Shown here piece after piece: positions 61,000 through 64,000 of a stretch of DNA of 64,000 bases. The notes under the pieces were generated by a model. It did not search any database, had not been told where the DNA came from, and was given only the letters and a program-made list of their open reading frames with translations. Origin of the DNA: Chrysomallon squamiferum (lineage: Eukaryota; Animalia; Mollusca); assembly GCA_012295275.1 (NCBI GenBank), contig CM022667.1, forward strand, positions 16,864,001-16,928,000, given 5' to 3'. The translations under genes and the position numbers were made by a program. Position 1 is the stretch's first letter. Every line of letters starts with the position of its first letter.

Positions 61000-63900
61000 G
61001 AAGTCTCTCAAATTTGAGTTCATTTAGTTACTTATAACGTATATCGTCAATAAAAATTGTATACTTTTTGTCTCTTTAAAGAGATTTTTTCTACCGTTAC
61101 TTTGTTTTCGGATGACATTGTCTTAAAAGTCTTGTACAAAGGATTAAAAAATATTGTAAAATCGCAAAAAAGAATTCGATTAACCATACTCATATTCGTA
61201 GGGTAAATTAGTACGTGTGTTTTAATATGTTCTTTTAACGTTTTTTATTTCTGTTATGTTTTATTGTTAAGATAATAGTCGTTGTGTGATATGTTTATAT
61301 TATTTTTAGTCGAAAACACTGTATATGAGGTAACTGCGCTAAAGCTGAGTAATTCTGTTTTCTGCAGTGATCAGACGATCACGAGAGTGATTTGTACATT
61401 GGTGAATGCATAAAAAGTCAAATACATTTTACAACGATTACGCATTAAATGTACCATGCCGAGCTTAATGAAAAAAAACACCAAAAAAAAATCAGGCATT
61501 TCTGAAAGCAGTTATTAAAAAAGAACAAAATAACGTTAAATAAAATAAAATTATGCAAAATAAAATAAATGAATACATGAAAACAACATCAGAAAAATAC
61601 CTGAAATGATAAAAATTAAAAAGATTTATCAGATTTTCTAAAATACCTTTTTTCTCTCTCCTCTCGCCTTGGAGTTATCAAAGACAATAACTGTTAAATT
61701 ACGAATGACACATCAAATGACAGTTAAGATAAATAAAAACTCTTTAATAAAAGAAACTAGCTTTAGTTAATTAACTTTTTAAAATTGTATTCTAATTAAG
61801 ATTGTTAACAATAGATATTTTACATTGTAATTTTGAAGTATGTTATTTTGTATTTGATTTAACGCTTGATGAGGCTAAATAAATTTAGTTTAACATCGTT
61901 GTTTTCTTTTCTTTTTTGATTGTGTGTTGTTTAAATTATTTATTGTCTATGTATTTGTAAAGTGAAATGCGTATATGTTTATGTATATCTGTGTGTGTAT
62001 GTGTGTTTATATCTGTGTATATTGGTTTATATGCATATATGTATATTTTTATGTATGTGTGCATATGCATACATCGTGCGTGAATGCCAGTATGAAGGTA
62101 TAATTTAACCCTAGAACTCGTTAATGTATGGCTGACATGCTTACAGTCCTATACCCAAACTTTATTAAAAAATAATCTGTGTAACTTGTTTACAGTTGTA
62201 AAACACAGAACTCCTCACAAACATCAACAGTTTACACTCGTCAATACCGCAAAGAGGCCGTCCATCCGTTCTAGCGTTCAGTGTTGTAACATTTCATTAT
62301 TTGTGACAAAAAACAACAACAAAAAAACTTCTTAAGGTCATTTAATCATTTCAGATTCACTAAAGTTAAAATATATGTTTTATTCAGCAAATCACCTAAT
62401 TCTGATACCTTTCCAGTTAAATGCGTCTAGACTGGAGAAATGAGGAAGCGATCAGTTTGAAAAATTCGCTTTGTTAAAGATGTTAGATGTGTTAATATCA
62501 GATGATGTAAACTTTACCTCTTCACACTCGAGTCGTTGTTTACGTTTGGCTTTGGTGATTTAATAATGAACCCATCGCTATGTTTAGAATGAATCAATGA
62601 ACGAATACATTCAACGATGTCTATAACTGTTAAATTATAAATTACACATCAAATGATATTTAATATAAATAAAAAATATATATATCTTTAATAAAACTGA
62701 TAATAAACTAGCGTTAATAAATTTTTAAAATGTTCTGATTTAATCAAATTAAGATTGTTAACACTAAAGATTGAAATAATTTCAATTTTTAAAAAAGAAA
62801 TGATGAGGTTAAATAAATTTAATTTAACTTCTTTTCTTTTCTTTTCTGGTGTTTTTTTTTTTTTTTGTGTGTGGATGAGTGGGTGGGTTTGTAGATGGGT
62901 GGGTGGGTTTGTAGATGGGTGGGTGGGTTTGTGCGCTCGACTCGTTGTTTACGTTTGCTCGGTGGATTTAATAATGAAAGCTTCGCTAACGTCAGAAAGT
63001 ATCAATGAACGTATACATTTACACCATGTATCTACTCTTTGTCAGTGTTAACTGTTAATAAGTGATACTTACCTCTACTCTGGTTGTATGTGTGTATGTT
63101 TGTGTGTATGTGTTTATATCTGTGTAGGTATGTGTATGAAGTGTTTGTGTTTATATCTGTGTAGGTATGTGTATGAAGTGTTTGTGTGTGAGTATGTGTG
63201 TTTGTCTCTGTGTGTGCATGCGATGATGATACGATCAAAGAAACATTAATCTCGATTAACATCAAGATATCCTTCATTTGCTTCTTGACACAGCAGAGTA
63301 CACACTAACGTCACTAATGAATCAGCGAGAGACGATCAAGTAGCCACAGAATCTGAAGCCAGGCTCTAATAAATGAGCTAGGGTACGCTTTCTTGAACTT
63401 CAGAATGGAAATGTTCAGTTCACTACAAAACGATTTACTATTGTGTACAGGTTGATGGGAAACATGTATATCTCCTTGACCCAGAATAATGATTTAATAT
63501 GTACACGGATTAGTGTCATGGAAATCCTAAATTACAAAAAAATACTTTGCGTGTTGATCCATAGACAAAAATAGAGGCTGAACGTAATTACTCTACTCAG
63601 TACTGTCATATTTCGTTGCACCCATGTTTTTATTTCTAGTTTTATCAGAGCCCATGTCTCAAATTTCAGAAGGGCCGTGACATTCCTCTTTTGTGCCACT
63701 TTTGTATGAAAACATTACGCATAACACGCCATAACCGTTAAGGTTAAAATATGCCATAGCCCCATGTTATACAGGCATAAATAAAAACCTGTGTTTTAGC
63801 TTCCGTGTTAAAACATACATCTTCAATGAATATACTATTTAACAGTAAGCTGGCGAAAGATGCAATTAATTTAGATACTGATCCGAAAAAAACACAGATG

Positions 63901-64000
63901 CTTCGAGGCACAGGTTAATAATTTATTTGTCATTATTATGATTACCATATTATTAACAGTGGGTAATCGTGCAGTTTAGACCTACATCTTGTCAGCAAAT

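Noticed and set aside
63220-63500. Higher-complexity stretch that looks exon-like
   Set aside because: The frames I read hit stops, with no coherent splice pair or recognisable peptide.

Overview
Eukaryotic, very AT-rich and microsatellite-rich animal DNA (invertebrate; a mollusc or other lophotrochozoan is an inference from composition and gene content), with a 200-N scaffold gap at 21045-21244. Most ORF-track entries are microsatellite artefacts; the real genes are spliced. The left ~37 kb is a minus-strand tandem array of an uncharacterised family of small secreted proteins. Each is built from a conserved signal-peptide exon plus interchangeable phase-1 exons: a Pro/Glu/Ser/Thr linker and at least four VWC-like Cys modules. 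I reconstruct 4 apparently intact genes (6600-10021, 16430-20749, 29516-31455, 34571-36089) and about 7 broken or relic units, with segmental duplications and a composite AP-1/CRE motif upstream of the start codons. A transposon nest lies at 21.2-27.9 kb (Tigger-like, hAT/Buster, a LINE 3' end, and inverted TGTTA-ended elements). The right part holds three plus-strand genes: SLC7A6OS/Iwr1 (5 exons), a peptidase C45/tan-like Ntn-hydrolase (~11 exons) and an intronless clan-2 cytochrome P450.
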